A program made the position numbers and the translations under genes. Below, piece after piece: positions 51,119 to 63,619 of a stretch of DNA of 64,000 bases. The notes under the pieces are model-generated. The model worked only from the letters and a program-made list of their open reading frames with translations, made no database searches and had not been told where the DNA came from. Every line of letters starts with the position of its first letter. The stretch's first letter is position 1. Source of the stretch: Malacoraja senta (lineage: Eukaryota); NCBI GenBank assembly GCA_038087875.1, contig JAXLNO010000200.1:1-64000 (forward strand), given 5' to 3'.

Positions 51119-51629
51119 CTGCAATACAGGTATTGGTGTATTTTGAGTAGCATAAACAAATAGATCACTGCGTTCCTTTATCTATGTACTCCGGTCTTTT
51201 CCCAATTCCAATTTTTAAGTGTGTTATTTGGCATATGACAAATGAATGTGGCACATTTAAAAGTATTCTCACAATGCTGTACTTTCCCTTTCTCCTGAAA
51301 TATTTCTTATCATATCTCTTCTAATATCACAGTTTTGGAACAGGCACTTAATGGCTTCTCCAAGTGTAGAAAAATAAGCCAATTGTAACACACCTCTGAG
51401 GAAGGAACATTAAATCATCTTCCCCAATAACCACAAATCCCATCAGACCATTAATTTCCTTTGTATTAAATGAGTTTCTGTTACAGTGAGTTTGCTTCCA
51501 ATTCCACCACTCTTATCCTGATTTAATTTTTCTATGATTTATTATAGACATAAGGCACATAATCATTCTTACATAACCATGCGTGGCCCATGCTAGAATT
51601 GCAAAGCACAAAATTGAGTATTTATTTAA

Positions 51630-51950
51630 TTTAGTTTTGAGGTACAGCAAGGTAAAAGGGCCTTTGGCCCACTGAGTCCACACTAACCATTGATCACCTG
51701 TTCATACAAAATTCTGTTATCCCACTTTCTCATTCTCTCCCTACACAACAGAAGCAATTTTACAGAGGCCAATTAGCCTAAAAAGCCACCAGTCTTTGGG
51801 ATGGGGGATGAAACTGGAGCACCCGAAGAAAGCCCATGTGATCAGAGAAAGAATGTGCCAACTCCACACAGACAGCACCCAAGGTCAAAATCGAACCTGT
51901 GTCTCCAGCACTGTAAGGCATCAACTCTATGTGATGCGCCACTGTGCTGC
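51630..51950 (-). mobile_element. SINE (HE1/V-SINE-like)
   Basis: Reverse-complement match to 54790-55070. Confidence 0.75.
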
Positions 51951-53265
51951 CCAATCGCAGGCTACAATTTTCTGCTCATTAACGTTAATCAATGGGAAGT
52001 TCAAATCATGGCTATGAATGTTTGGCACACTTTGGGACCATGCTCTGCTCCTCTTCCTGTTTAATTGCCTTGGGTGGACTCTCGGAGAGCAAACCCTTGG
52101 CTGTTTTTTCTTCACATAGCCTTTTCCTCCAAAGACGACAAAATCTGAAATCAAGCTGCCATTTTCACTTGCCGCACACTGTAACAATCCAAAATCCATC
52201 GGCTTTCTCTCAAGCTGCCTTGCTGATTTCAAGATTTGGATGAAATAAAAGTTCCTTCAGTTTTCTCTCTTAATTTCATTAATTTCATGTTCTTATCTGC
52301 CATCTGAAGTGAGTTGCAGCAAGAAATCTGGAAACTTTTATTCCCTTCCTGCATTCGCTCCACTACTAAAGCCATCTCCCTCCATTCCAACAACTTGAAA
52401 CATTTGCAATCTGCTACCAAAACATTACTAGATGACAAAATTGTTATAAAACACTACAAATTACTTGACAAAGTTGGACTTCTCCTTTCAACTTTTCAAA
52501 CCTTGCATGTGCAACTAACTTTATTATGCATCAGATTTCCACTGGACAGAACACTGCAAATGCTGGAAATCTGAAATAAAACTGAAAATACTGCAAATGC
52601 AAGTTAGGCAGGAACACCTTTGAAAGAAGAAAATGACCAACTGTTTTAGGTTGATGAGCTTTCTCTGTACTTGATCAACCAAACACTTCTCTCCACAGAT
52701 GCTGCATGAACTGTTGAGAATGTCTAGCGTTTCCTGTTTATTCCATCTGTCAGTTGCTGCCTCAGTGTGTTCTTCTTAAAATATTTTTTTCCGTTTCAAG
52801 CCACTTCATGAATTCACCCCATCATAATTCCGCCTGCCTTGGGTAGCCACATGCATCCTATGCCCTTCCAACAATAACAATACACTTGTTAAAAATATGA
52901 TCACAATTTTGCCTTCAACATTTATTTTTCAATTACCTAAAAAGAATGATGTCTTTCTGTTTTTGAGACTTTGTGATAATGATTTAGCAATCACATGCTA
53001 CAAACCAGCAATTAACATCTTTCAAGTCGATCAGTGACTGTGGAGGCTTCATGACATGTTGAGGATGTGAAAATTGCTATATAAATGCATGTTTATTCTC
53101 CCTGCTAGAAAATCTCCTGCTGATTGAGATATTGACACAACCATGATACCTCGTTAACTCATCAGATTCATGCACAAAGTATTAATGATACAACCCTTGT
53201 AAGCAGATTGTCCCAGACAATAGCTAAACTTTGATTACTTTGTTAGAAAAAATAGATTTGCTTAC

Positions 53266-53379
53266 AATTGTTGCTGATGGGAACACAACAGAAGCACCTA
53301 TGAATTCAAAGTATCTTGCAAGTCCTTCATTGAGCCACAGATCATTCCACCAGTACATAGTAACCAGGTTTCCGAACCA
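53266..53379 (-). CDS. LVRN: Aminopeptidase exon [38 protein letters not shown]
   Basis: TTGAAG acceptor, GTAAGC donor, 114 bp; third zinc ligand E. Confidence 0.97.
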
Positions 53380-53439
53380 CTTCAAAGAAAGTAAAACATT
53401 TAAAATAAATACATTAACGTGTTTTAGCATAACCAGGTC

Positions 53440-53730
53440 AACAAAAATAGTTTGAAATGGACCCTTCATCCCACCCTGGCTGCGTTCACCATCGATCTCT
53501 TATTCACACAAGTTCAGTGTTATTCCACTTTCACTTCAATACACATTTGGGGCAATATCTCTTTACGACGACCAATTAGACTGCGGCAAATTAGAGCACC
53601 CAGAGAAACCTTACGCAGTCATAGGATGACCTGGTAAACTCCACACATACAGCATCCAATGTCAGGATCAAACTCAGGTCCCTGGCACTATGAGGCAGCA
53701 ATGCTACAAACTGTGGCATTGCACCACCTG
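53440..53730 (-). mobile_element. SINE (HE1/V-SINE-like), diverged
   Basis: tRNA-like head and V-domain-like core on the minus strand. Confidence 0.65.
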
Positions 53731-54588
53731 CTGAGGCCAAGCCTCTCCAACCCCCTCTAACAGTTTGTTCCATCTACCCTCTGAGTGTAAACGTTGCCCC
53801 TCAGGTCTCTTTTAAATCTCTTATCATTTACCTTGCCTACACCCTCGAGCTTTAGCAGAGACTGTGTCTTTTCACCTTATCGATGCTCCTCATGATTTTA
53901 TTTACCATAACCCACCACTGTTTGTCAATACACCCACCTTGGCTCCTTGTTGTTCAGCACGTACAAGGTAAGTAAGGCTTAGTCGAGGAGGACCACAGTC
54001 TAGAGTCCTTCTGCTGCTGCACGTTGTGGGGCAATCTGCTGGAGATACCCACAAACGAGGGAAGGGATTTCACCATATGAGTAGCAAGGGTGCCTGGTAT
54101 AATGATAGTTCTGTGAACACTCCCAAATACAATGCTAATGAATGTATGTATAGGCACTGAGAATGTTGGATGTGTTTTATGCACAGTTCTTGTTTTGTAT
54201 GTATTTTTTATTTTGAATAACATTTTTATTTTGGGAAATAAAACTAAAGCTCAGTGACAAACAACAGTAAAACATCAGTAAAAGCATCACTCAACAGTGG
54301 AGGAGCTCAAGAACCAGTTCAGTGTTTGCACAACATACAATCCCAAACAACTCAATGCAAGATTTTAGAAAAGCAATTATTTCCCTACTTCAGTGTTTTG
54401 TGAAAGACCATCGTACGAACTTGTGTACATAAGGCAGTTTCTTCAAACCCATGTTTAATCATTGGAATGGTTTGATTCAAATTACAACTTAATTAGAATG
54501 ATCAAACCACAACATATGAAGCAGCACACTACCCCAAATTACGAACAGAAATAAGTGCAATAAGTGGGAAAAGATTATGTAAACATGC

Positions 54589-54740
54589 CTGGTGTGCCAG
54601 CTCATGTGCAATAACTAGAGACGTTTCAAACATATCTTCAATGAATTCATTCGGATGATGAAGCAGTATATCCTTTCTGAAAATCAGCAGACCCCAATTT
54701 TCCATTGCATTCACGTCAAACTGAGGCAGTGCTACAACAT
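54589..54740 (-). CDS. LVRN: Aminopeptidase exon DVVALPQFDVNAMENWGLLIF..VIAHELAHQ
   Basis: TTTTAG acceptor, GC donor (CAG/GCATGT), 152 bp; xAMEN and HExxH motifs. Confidence 0.95.
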
Positions 54741-54789
54741 CTAAAATAAAAAGACTGAATAAGTCAGTTACAGTAAAATTGTCATAAAA

Positions 54790-55070
54790 GGGTGGCATGG
54801 TGACACAGAGTTGCTGCATTACAGCGTCAGAAATCTGGGTTCGTTTTTGATTACGGGTACTTGTCTAGGAAGTTTGTACGTTCTCTCCAGGTGCTCTGGT
54901 TTCCTCCCACATTCCAAAGACGTACAGGTTTGTCCGTTAATTGGTTTGATATAATTGTAATTTGTCCCTAGTGTATGTAGGTTTGTGTTAATGTGTGGGG
55001 ATCGCTGGTCAGCGCGGATTCGGTGGGCCGAAGGGTCTGTTTCCATGCTGTATCTCTAAACTAAACTAAA
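54790..55070 (+). mobile_element. Near-full-length tRNA-derived SINE (HE1/V-SINE-like) with CR1-type tail
   Basis: GGGTGGCATGGTG head, GGGTTCG B-box-like motif, CTGGTTTCCTCCCACA core, (CTAAA)n tail. Confidence 0.85.
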
Positions 55071-55090
55071 TGACACCTCACAAAAGCTGA

Positions 55091-57932
55091 GTGCATAAAA
55101 CGTACTCAAGGATAGACTATTTCTTAGTAGACTCTAAACTTATCCCATTTACCTATAATTCGCAATATCATAATATTATAATATCGGACCATGCTCCACT
55201 TACATTTATGATTAAACTAAAAGGAATGACCAAGATAAAGACACAATGGAGACTTAACCCCCAAATCTTGAAAGAAAAGTTATGTAATGAATACCTCGTA
55301 AAACAGATTAATATGTTTTTCGAGGCTAATGACAGCTCTGGAATCTCCGCCTCCCTTCTTTGGGAAACATTTAAAGCATTTGTGCGAGGAGCATTAATAT
55401 CCTCCCAATCATTTATTAACAAAGAGAATAGGGCCAAACAACAGTCTTTGGAAACGGAAATAAAGCAATTAGACATAGAAAATGCAATAGCACCATCTAT
55501 GGTAAAACACAATAAAATTGCAGTACTGAAATATAAGTTAAACAAGTTATACTCAGACCAAGTAATAAAACTATATCAACGTACAAAACAATTACATTTT
55601 GAATTTGGAGATAAACCACAAAAACTATTAGCGCGTCAACTTCGTAAACAGGACGGGGAAAAAACAATTTACAAAATTAGATCAGATAAGGGAGAAACAT
55701 TAACACTACCTAAAGATATTAATGATAGATTTTTACAATATTATCAAAAATTGTATTCATCTAAAACAACAGAACAACCAGTAGGAATGGAAACATTTCT
55801 ACAGAAATGTAATCTTACAGGTCTAGATCAGAAAGAGAGAGAATCACTAGATGTAGAAATTACGGTAAAAGACATCGAGGAGTCAATTAGATCTTTAAAA
55901 AATGGAAAGGCCGCAGGTCCTGATGGTCTAAGCTCTGAATTTTATTTAAAAAAATTACGATCTGATTTCTCCACGTCTACAGAGACTTTACAAACAAGCA
56001 TATACTCAACAGAAACTTCCAGAAACTCTACAATCATACTTATACCGAAACCGGATAAGGATCCTGAAGACCCAGGTTCATATAGAGCAATAGCTCTCTT
56101 AAATACTGATCAGAAAATATTAACCAAAATCCTATCTCATAGATTGAGCTTAGTGATTAATAAATTAATACACCCGGACCAAACAGGTTTTATTCCAAAA
56201 CGTTACTCATTTTATAATTTAAGAAGACTATTCAATATTATATATACAAATAGAATTCCAAATGCAGATCTAGCAATTATTTCGTTAGATGCTGAAAAGG
56301 CATTTGACCAGGTAGAATGGACATATTTATTTTCGGTAATGAAAAAATTTCAATTGGGAGAGAAGTTCTGCACATGGGTTAAATTGTTATATTCTAATCC
56401 AACAGCTAGAATATTAACAAATCAAATGTTATCAGCCAAATTTAATCTTTCTAGAGGTTGTAGGCGAGGATGTTCACTATCCCCACTATTATTTGCTCTT
56501 GCAATTGAACCATTAGCAGAAAGTGTTAGAAAACATCCAGGAATACATGGATACAACACTAGAGATACAAGGAATAAAATGTCCTTATATGCAGATGATG
56601 TATTAATATATATTACAAAGTTAGAAACTAGTATTCCAAATCTATTAAATCTAATAACACAATTTGGTCAGTTCTCAGGATATAGGATTAATTGGAATAA
56701 AAGTGAAATTATGCCAATAACAAAATTCAACTTAAATACAATACAACAATCCCCTTTTAAAATAGTTAAAGATAAACTTAAATATTTAGGAATCTATGTA
56801 ACTAAGGCATATTACCTCTTTATTTAAACAACATTTTCCATCCTTACTTAATAAATTACACAAACATATTCAGTACTGGAAAACACTTCCTATTTCAATG
56901 CTTGGTAGAATTAATGCTATAAAAATGATTTTCTTACCGCAACTACTATATTTATTTCAATTAATTCCGATATATATTCCAAAAAACTTTTTCAAAAAAG
57001 TCGACTCCATTGTTACAAGCTTTATTTGGGATTATAAGAATCATAGAATAAGTAAAAAACATTTATGTAAGTCAAAGAGCAACGGAGGTTTGGCTTTGCC
57101 AAATTTCTTATTTTATTTTTGGGCAGTCCATATTAAAAACATGAATTTCTGGCTGGAAGAAATGGACCAACAACCAGAATGGTTAAGGATGGAAAAGGAA
57201 GACTGTTTACCTTTTGAAATAGGTTCGATTATATTTGCTACCACAAAATTGCATTAAAAAAACTATAAGGAAAACCCTATAATACATAGTGGAATACGAA
57301 TTTGGAAACAATTAAAAAAGGCTTTAAAACTGAATAATATACCACTATGTCTTCCCATTGTAAATAATCCTCTATTCAAGCCATCCATATTGGATAGAGG
57401 TTTTATACAATGGAAAAATCATGGAATTAAAAGGATTGGACATCTTTATAGGGAAGGCATCTTTCTGTCATTTCAAGAGTTACAACAGAATCATGGACTA
57501 CACTCAAATAACTTTTTCAGATATTTACAAATTAGAGATTATGTTAAATTCAATACACAAGTTTATAGGACTAGGGAACCAGAAATTCTTGATGAATGTT
57601 TGAATAAGCATCCTAACACTGAAAAATTAATAGCTTATATTTATAACATTCTCTTAAATAATGAGGAACCACCGATGGAACTATATAGACATAAATGGGA
57701 AAATGAGTTAGGTTATCCTATTACGAAAGATATTTGGGACGAAAGTTTACAACATATACATCAATGTTCGTTAAATGCCAGACATGCTTTAATACAATTT
57801 AAAGTAATACATAGGTTACATTATTCAAAAACAAAATTACATAAAATCTTTCAACATATCTCACCTGTATGTGATAAATGTCAACATTTAGAAGCTACCT
57901 TATCTCATATGTTTGCAAACTGTATAAAAATT
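55091..57932 (+). mobile_element. L1 ORF2 fragment, diverged from the 8.9-kb L1, truncated at both ends
   Basis: YSRIDY, SDH, KAAGPDG, SLDAEKAFDQV, YADD, CDKC..H..C. Confidence 0.93.
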
Positions 57933-57994
57933 CTTTGTTTGTATTATCTCTTTCTAACTGTAATTAACCTTTCAGTCAGATGATTTAATCAATT

Positions 57995-58335
57995 TAGAGT
58001 TCAGAGTTTAGAGATACAGCATGGAAACAGGTCTTTCGGTCCACCAAGTCCGCACCAAACAGCAATCACCCTATAGACCAACTCACATTTACCAAACAGC
58101 AATTACCCTCTACACCAACCCACATGCACTAGTGACAATTTTTACAACTTACCGACGCAAATTAACCTACTAACCTGTACATCATTGGAGTGTGGAAGGA
58201 AACCGGAGCACCCAGTAAAACCTGCATGGTCACAGGGAGAATGTACAAACTTACAGATGGCACCCATTGCCAGGATCAAACCCGTGTCTCTGGTGCTGAG
58301 ACAGCAACTCTACTGTTGTGCTAATGTGACGCCCC
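57995..58335 (-). mobile_element. SINE (HE1/V-SINE-like)
   Basis: TTTAGAGATACAGCATGGAAACAGG..GGAGTGTGGAAGGAAAACCGGAGCAC. Confidence 0.8.
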
Positions 58336-58974
58336 AATTTATCCACACAGAATTCCTGGCAGCACCTTATAACAAATATTCCCTTTGTCATATCCATACA
58401 CCTCACCCCTCCTCCCCTCCAGCCTCTTTGCAACTTAAAACGAACTTGTTTTCTTCTGTTCCCAATTCTGACAAAGGATCCTCGACCTCAAACATGAACT
58501 CTAGTTCATTTTCAGGCATTACCCTGCAAATTGCAAGATTTAGTGAATGTAATTTTCTAACTTTCTATTGTTAAATTTAATTTCATAAGCAGTGATTTGA
58601 AGGAAATGGGTAAAAGTGATTATCGGGCAATACCTACCTCCATTCAGGTTAGTGCATGGCTTATCTGCAGCATCTGCAGTTTATTTTAGACATTGGGTTG
58701 GTTGTGATCAGATAAATGTTGTCTAAACATTATATACTGTGACAGCTGCCAAAAGGTTAACTTGATCCAAGAAATGTAATCGGGTACAAAATAGAAAAAG
58801 GAGAAGTGATCAATTCAACAATCATGTTCAGCTCACTTCCTCCCTTTCAGTTCCTTGCCTGCTTTCCACCAGCACCTCCAGCACCTTTGTTCTGGTTGTT
58901 CCAGTAAATAGTCTAAATCAGCAGCAAACCACCTTCCAAACAATTAACTTCAAACAGCCACTAGATTTGTCCCA

Positions 58975-59197
58975 GAACATGTCCCAGCAACACTAGTCCC
59001 ACCTGCCCATGCATTTGGTGCATATCTCTTGGACACCTGTCCTATCCATTTACCTTTCTAACTGTTTCTTAAATGTTGGGATAGCCAATTCTTCAACTAC
59101 CTCCCCTGACAGCTTGTTCCATACACCCACCACCCTTTGTGTGAACAAATTACCCCTCAGATTCCTATTAAATCTTTTCTCCTTCGCCTTAAACCGA
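58975..59197 (-). mobile_element. CR1 3' fragment split by the Tc1; resumes at 63768-63955
   Basis: CCTTAAACC joins TATGTCCTCTGGTCCTCGATTC, colinear with the CR1 at 37.8-38.3 kb. Confidence 0.85.
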
Positions 59198-59640
59198 CAG
59201 TTCCATAATGTTTGGCACAAAGACCCATCATTTATTTATTTGCCTCGGTACTCCACAATTTGTGGTTTGTGATAGAAAACAAAAATCACATGTGGTTAAA
59301 TTGCACATCATCAAATTTTAATAAAAACCATTTTTGGACATTTTGGTTTCACCATTGAGAAATTACAACAGTGTTTATACATAACCCCCCCCCCCCCCAT
59401 TCCAGGGCACCATAATGTTTGGGACACAGCAATGTCATGTATATTAAAGTAGTCATGTTTAGTATTTTGTTGTATTTCTTTTGCATGCAATCAGTGCTTG
59501 AAGTCTGCGATAAATGGACATCACCAGTTGCTGCGTGCCTTCTCTGGTGACGGTCTGACAGGCATTTATTGCAGCCATATTAAGCTTATGCTTGTTTATA
59601 GGGGCTAGACCCCTTCAGTTTTCTCTTCAGCATATAAAAG

Positions 59641-60685
59641 TAAGCAATGTTACAAAATTTTGAGATTTAAAAAATCAAGTCTGCAATTTATCCCATCAGA
59701 TAAAGCATAAAAAGAAGTTTAATGTGACACCTAATTCACTTTCATATCTTCAGTATTAAATTTTTTTTGGCCATTTTCATACTCGGAAATTAGCATCTTG
59801 TTCCCTATTGCTTTTCCATTGACTTAACTCAAAAGCTGTGATCAAGGACAGTCAAAAGCCCATAACTTTCTTAAAAATTAAGAGAACTGAATGAAATTTT
59901 CAGTTATTATAGATTGAAGCATTCTGAAACAAATATGAAACAATCATACTTGGATGACCTGAAATTAAAGCATATAATTAGTTAGTTACCCAATTGTAGC
60001 TAATTACAAAATTCAATTACTAGATCCAAACATCTATCCATTCCTTAAGAAAAGGTTAACATTTTTAAATAGCCTAAGTGTCCAAATAACATTCACACAA
60101 GAATTCACAATATAACATAATTTTAAAATCTCATTGTCATGAATTTATAGGCCAAATGGAAGGAATTTAGTGTTTAATTCCCGTAAATTAATGGCCATTT
60201 AAATCATCTTGGGAGTGAGATTTTGTGGAACGCGATCGATTGGAACGTTGCATTTGCGGTGAATTTAAATCCCATATCGGCAGGAAAAATACTGCCGGTT
60301 CGTATGGGGCCTAAGTCACCTTTTCGCAACGTGAAATTTTGATTAAAGGCATCCTAAGAAGCACGTTTATATGTAAAAATAAAAGGCGTACCTTGCTTTG
60401 TCCCGTACATGAGATCTGTCCCGTTGTCTGCGTTGATGGCTTTAGAAGACGATTTATATTTTACTCCTGCTATTAAATTATCCAGCGCTATTTTTAATAA
60501 GCTTGATAAAACGGATGTCGGAGTGGTTATTCTTCAGCAGCTAAACAGCCTGAGAAAGATCGATTTCAACAGGCTGGAGAAAAACGGCATTTTAAACCCG
60601 CCCCCCTCTCAAAGGTGCCAAAGTCGCGCAAACGGCCAGTGACAGAACTGCAGCGCCGCTGAAGGTAAGTTTTGTAACATACTTA
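59641..60685. mobile_element. Unclassified ~1.05-kb non-autonomous TIR element inside the Tc1 transposase
   Basis: Ends TAAGCAATGTTACAAAA and TTTTGTAACATACTTA; TAAAAG duplicated at 59635-59640 and 60686-60691. Confidence 0.8.
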
Positions 60686-61781
60686 TAAAAGGCATGCTCA
60701 AATAGGTTCAGATCGGGTGATTGCCTTGGCCACTCAAGAATTGACCACGTTTTAGCTTTGAAATAATCCTTTGTTGCATTAGCAGTATGTTTGGAATTAT
60801 TGTCTTGCTGTAGAATGAACCGCCGGCCAATGTGTTTTGAGGCATTTGTTTGAACTTGAGCAGATAAGATGTGTCTATACACTTCAGAATTCATTATGTT
60901 ACTACCACCAGCAGTTGTATCATCAATGAAGATAAGTGAGCCAGTACCTTCAGCAGCCATACATGCCCAGGCCATAACACCCGTACCATCGTGTTTCACA
61001 GTGAAGGTGGTATGCTTTGGATCTTGGGCAGTTCCTTCTCCCCTCCAAACTTTGCTCTTGAGATCACTCTGATATAAGTTAATCTTCATCTCATCTGTTT
61101 ACAAGACCTTTTTCCAGAACAGTGATTGCTCTTTTAAGTACTTCTTGGCAAGCTATAACCTGGCCATGCTATTTTTGTGGCTAACCAGTGGTTTGCATCT
61201 TGCAGTGTAGCCTCTGTATTTCTGTTCATGAGGTCTTCTGCGGACAGTGGTCATTGACAAACCTACACCTGACTCCTGAAGAGTGTTTCTGATCTGTCGG
61301 ACAAGTGTTTGTGTATTGTTCTGTATTATAGAGAGAATTCTGTCTTCAGCTGTGGAGGTCTTCCTTGGCCTGCCAGTCCCTTTGCGATTAGTAAGCTCAC
61401 CAGTGCTCTCTTTCTTCTTAATGATGTTCCAAAGTTTATTTTGGTAAGCCTAAGGCTTAGCTGATGTCTCTAACAGTTTTATTCTTGTTTTTCAGTCTGA
61501 TAATGGCTTCTTTGACTTTCATTGGCACAACTTTAGTCCTCCTGTTGATAAACAGCAATGAAAATTTCCAAAGGTGGTGGAAAGACTGGAGGAAAGATTA
61601 GGTGCTGAGAGCTCTCTTATACTTGCATGAAGGAGACAATTAAACACACCGGAGCAATTATAAATATCTCTGAAGTCATGTGTCCCAAACATTATGGTGC
61701 CCTAAAATGGGGGGACTATGTATAAACACAGCTGTAATTCCTACATGGTAAAACCAAAATGTATAAAAATACCCTTTAATG

Positions 61782-63619
61782 GCTTCAGATATGACCTTGG
61801 TAAGGCCATCAAAAAGGCCAAAAGGGACTTCTGCTCCAAACTGGAGGATGAGACAGATGTTCGGCAGCTGTGGCGGGGCCTCAATGCAATCACCTCCTAC
61901 AAGGCGAAATCAGGAGGCAGCTCGAATGTCGGCAAAACATCACTCCCTGATGAGCTCAATGCGTTTTACGCACGCTTTGATACGGAGAACACCGATGTGC
62001 CTTCCCGAGCCCCCATTCGCTGTGATGGTATTTCAGTGTCAGTCACAGAGGCCGACGTGAGGAAATCCTTCAGAGGGTTGAACCCTCGAAAAGCGCCTGG
62101 ACCTGATGGTATACCTGGTCGTGTTCTAAAAACCTGTGCGGACCAACTGGCTGGAGTTTTTACGGACATTTTCAACCTCTCACTTCTGAGGTCCGAGGTT
62201 CCCACCTGCTTCAAAAGGGCATCAATTATACCAGTGCCCAAGAAGAGTAAGGTGACGTGCCTCAATGACTATCGACCAGTGGCACTAACGCCTGTGGTGA
62301 TGAAGTGCTTTGAGAGGTTGATCATGGCGCAAAGCAACTCCTACCTCGACAAAAACCTGGACCCACTGCAGTTCACTTACCGCCACAACAGATCAACGGT
62401 GGATGCGATCTCGTTGGCTCTCCACTCCACTCTGGACCACTTGGACAACAAAAACTCATATGTCAGGCTGTTATTCATAGATTACAGCTCGGCATTTAAT
62501 ACAATCATCTCCTCAAAGCTGGTTACCAAACTCACAGAACTGGGTCTCTGCGCATCCCTCTGCAATTAGATCCTCGACTTCCTCACTCTCAGACCACAGT
62601 CTGTTCGTATTGGTGGAAATGTGTGAGACTCGATAACAATCAGCACGGGAGCACCTCAAGGCTGCGTGCTCAGCCCCCTGCTGTACTCACTCTATATTCA
62701 TGACTGCGTAGCCGGTCATAGTGCGAACTCCATCATCAAGTTTGCTGACGACACCACTGTGGTGAGACGTATCACTGATGGGGATGAGTCAGAGTATAGA
62801 AGAGAGATCGAGCAACTGTCCATATGGTGCCAGCACAATAACCTGGCCCTCAACACCAGCAAAACCAAGGAACTGATTGTGGACTTTGGAAGGAGTAGGA
62901 TGGGGACCCACAGTCCCGTTTATATCAACGGGTCGATGGTTGAAAGGGTCAAGAGCTTCAAATTCCTGGGCATGCACATCTCTGAAGATCTTTCCTGGTC
63001 CAAGAATATTGATGCAATTATTAAGAAAGCACATCAGCGCCTCTACTTCCTGAGAAGATTACGGAGAGTCGGTTTGTCAAGGGGGGCTCTCTCTAACTTC
63101 TACAGGTGCACAGTAGAGAGCATGTTGCATCGTGTCTTGGTTTGGCAACTTGAGCGCCCTGGAGAGGAAAAGACTACAAAAAGTATTAAACACTGCCCAG
63201 TCCATCATCGGCTCTGACCTCCCTTCCATCGAGGGGATCTATCGCAGTCGCTGCCTCAAAAAGGCTGGCAGTATCATCAAGGACCCACACCGTCCTGGCC
63301 ACACACTCATCTCCCTGCAACCTTCAGGTAGAAGGTACAGGAGCCTGAAGACTGCAACGACCAGGTTCAGGATAAGCTACTTCCCCACAGCCATCAGGCT
63401 ATTAAACTTGGCTCGGACAAAACTCTGAACTTTAATAGCCCATTATCTGTTATTTGCACTTTATCAGTTTATTTATTCATGTGTGTATATATTTATATAA
63501 TGGTATATGGACACACTGATCTGTTTTGTAGTCAGTCTATTATGTTCTGTTGTGCTGAAGCAAAGCAAGAATTTCATTGTCCTATCAGGGACACATGACA
63601 ATAAACTCACTTGAACGAA
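61782..63619 (+). mobile_element. 5'-truncated Rex1/Babar LINE inserted in the Tc1 right TIR
   Basis: KAPGPDGIPG, LNDYRPVALT, FIDYSSAFNTI, KFADDTT; CTTTAATG TSD at 61774-61781 and 63620-63627. Confidence 0.93.

Larger units (their letters stand above)
16063..54740 (-). other. LVRN: M1 aminopeptidase gene, laeverin/aminopeptidase Q-like; 13 internal exons, incomplete at both ends
   Basis: Exons splice in continuous frame with ANPEP/LVRN-like sizes (152,114,117,66,66,164,77,137,56,148,95,111,168). LVRN-like peptides DVVALPQFD.NAMENWGLLIF, SYLKTFSYSN, WMKNGSKQPVIWL. Orthology versus an ANPEP paralog is untested. Confidence 0.75.

Noticed and set aside
54790..54870. tRNA gene
   Set aside because: Degenerate tRNA-derived SINE head continuing into the SINE body and tail.
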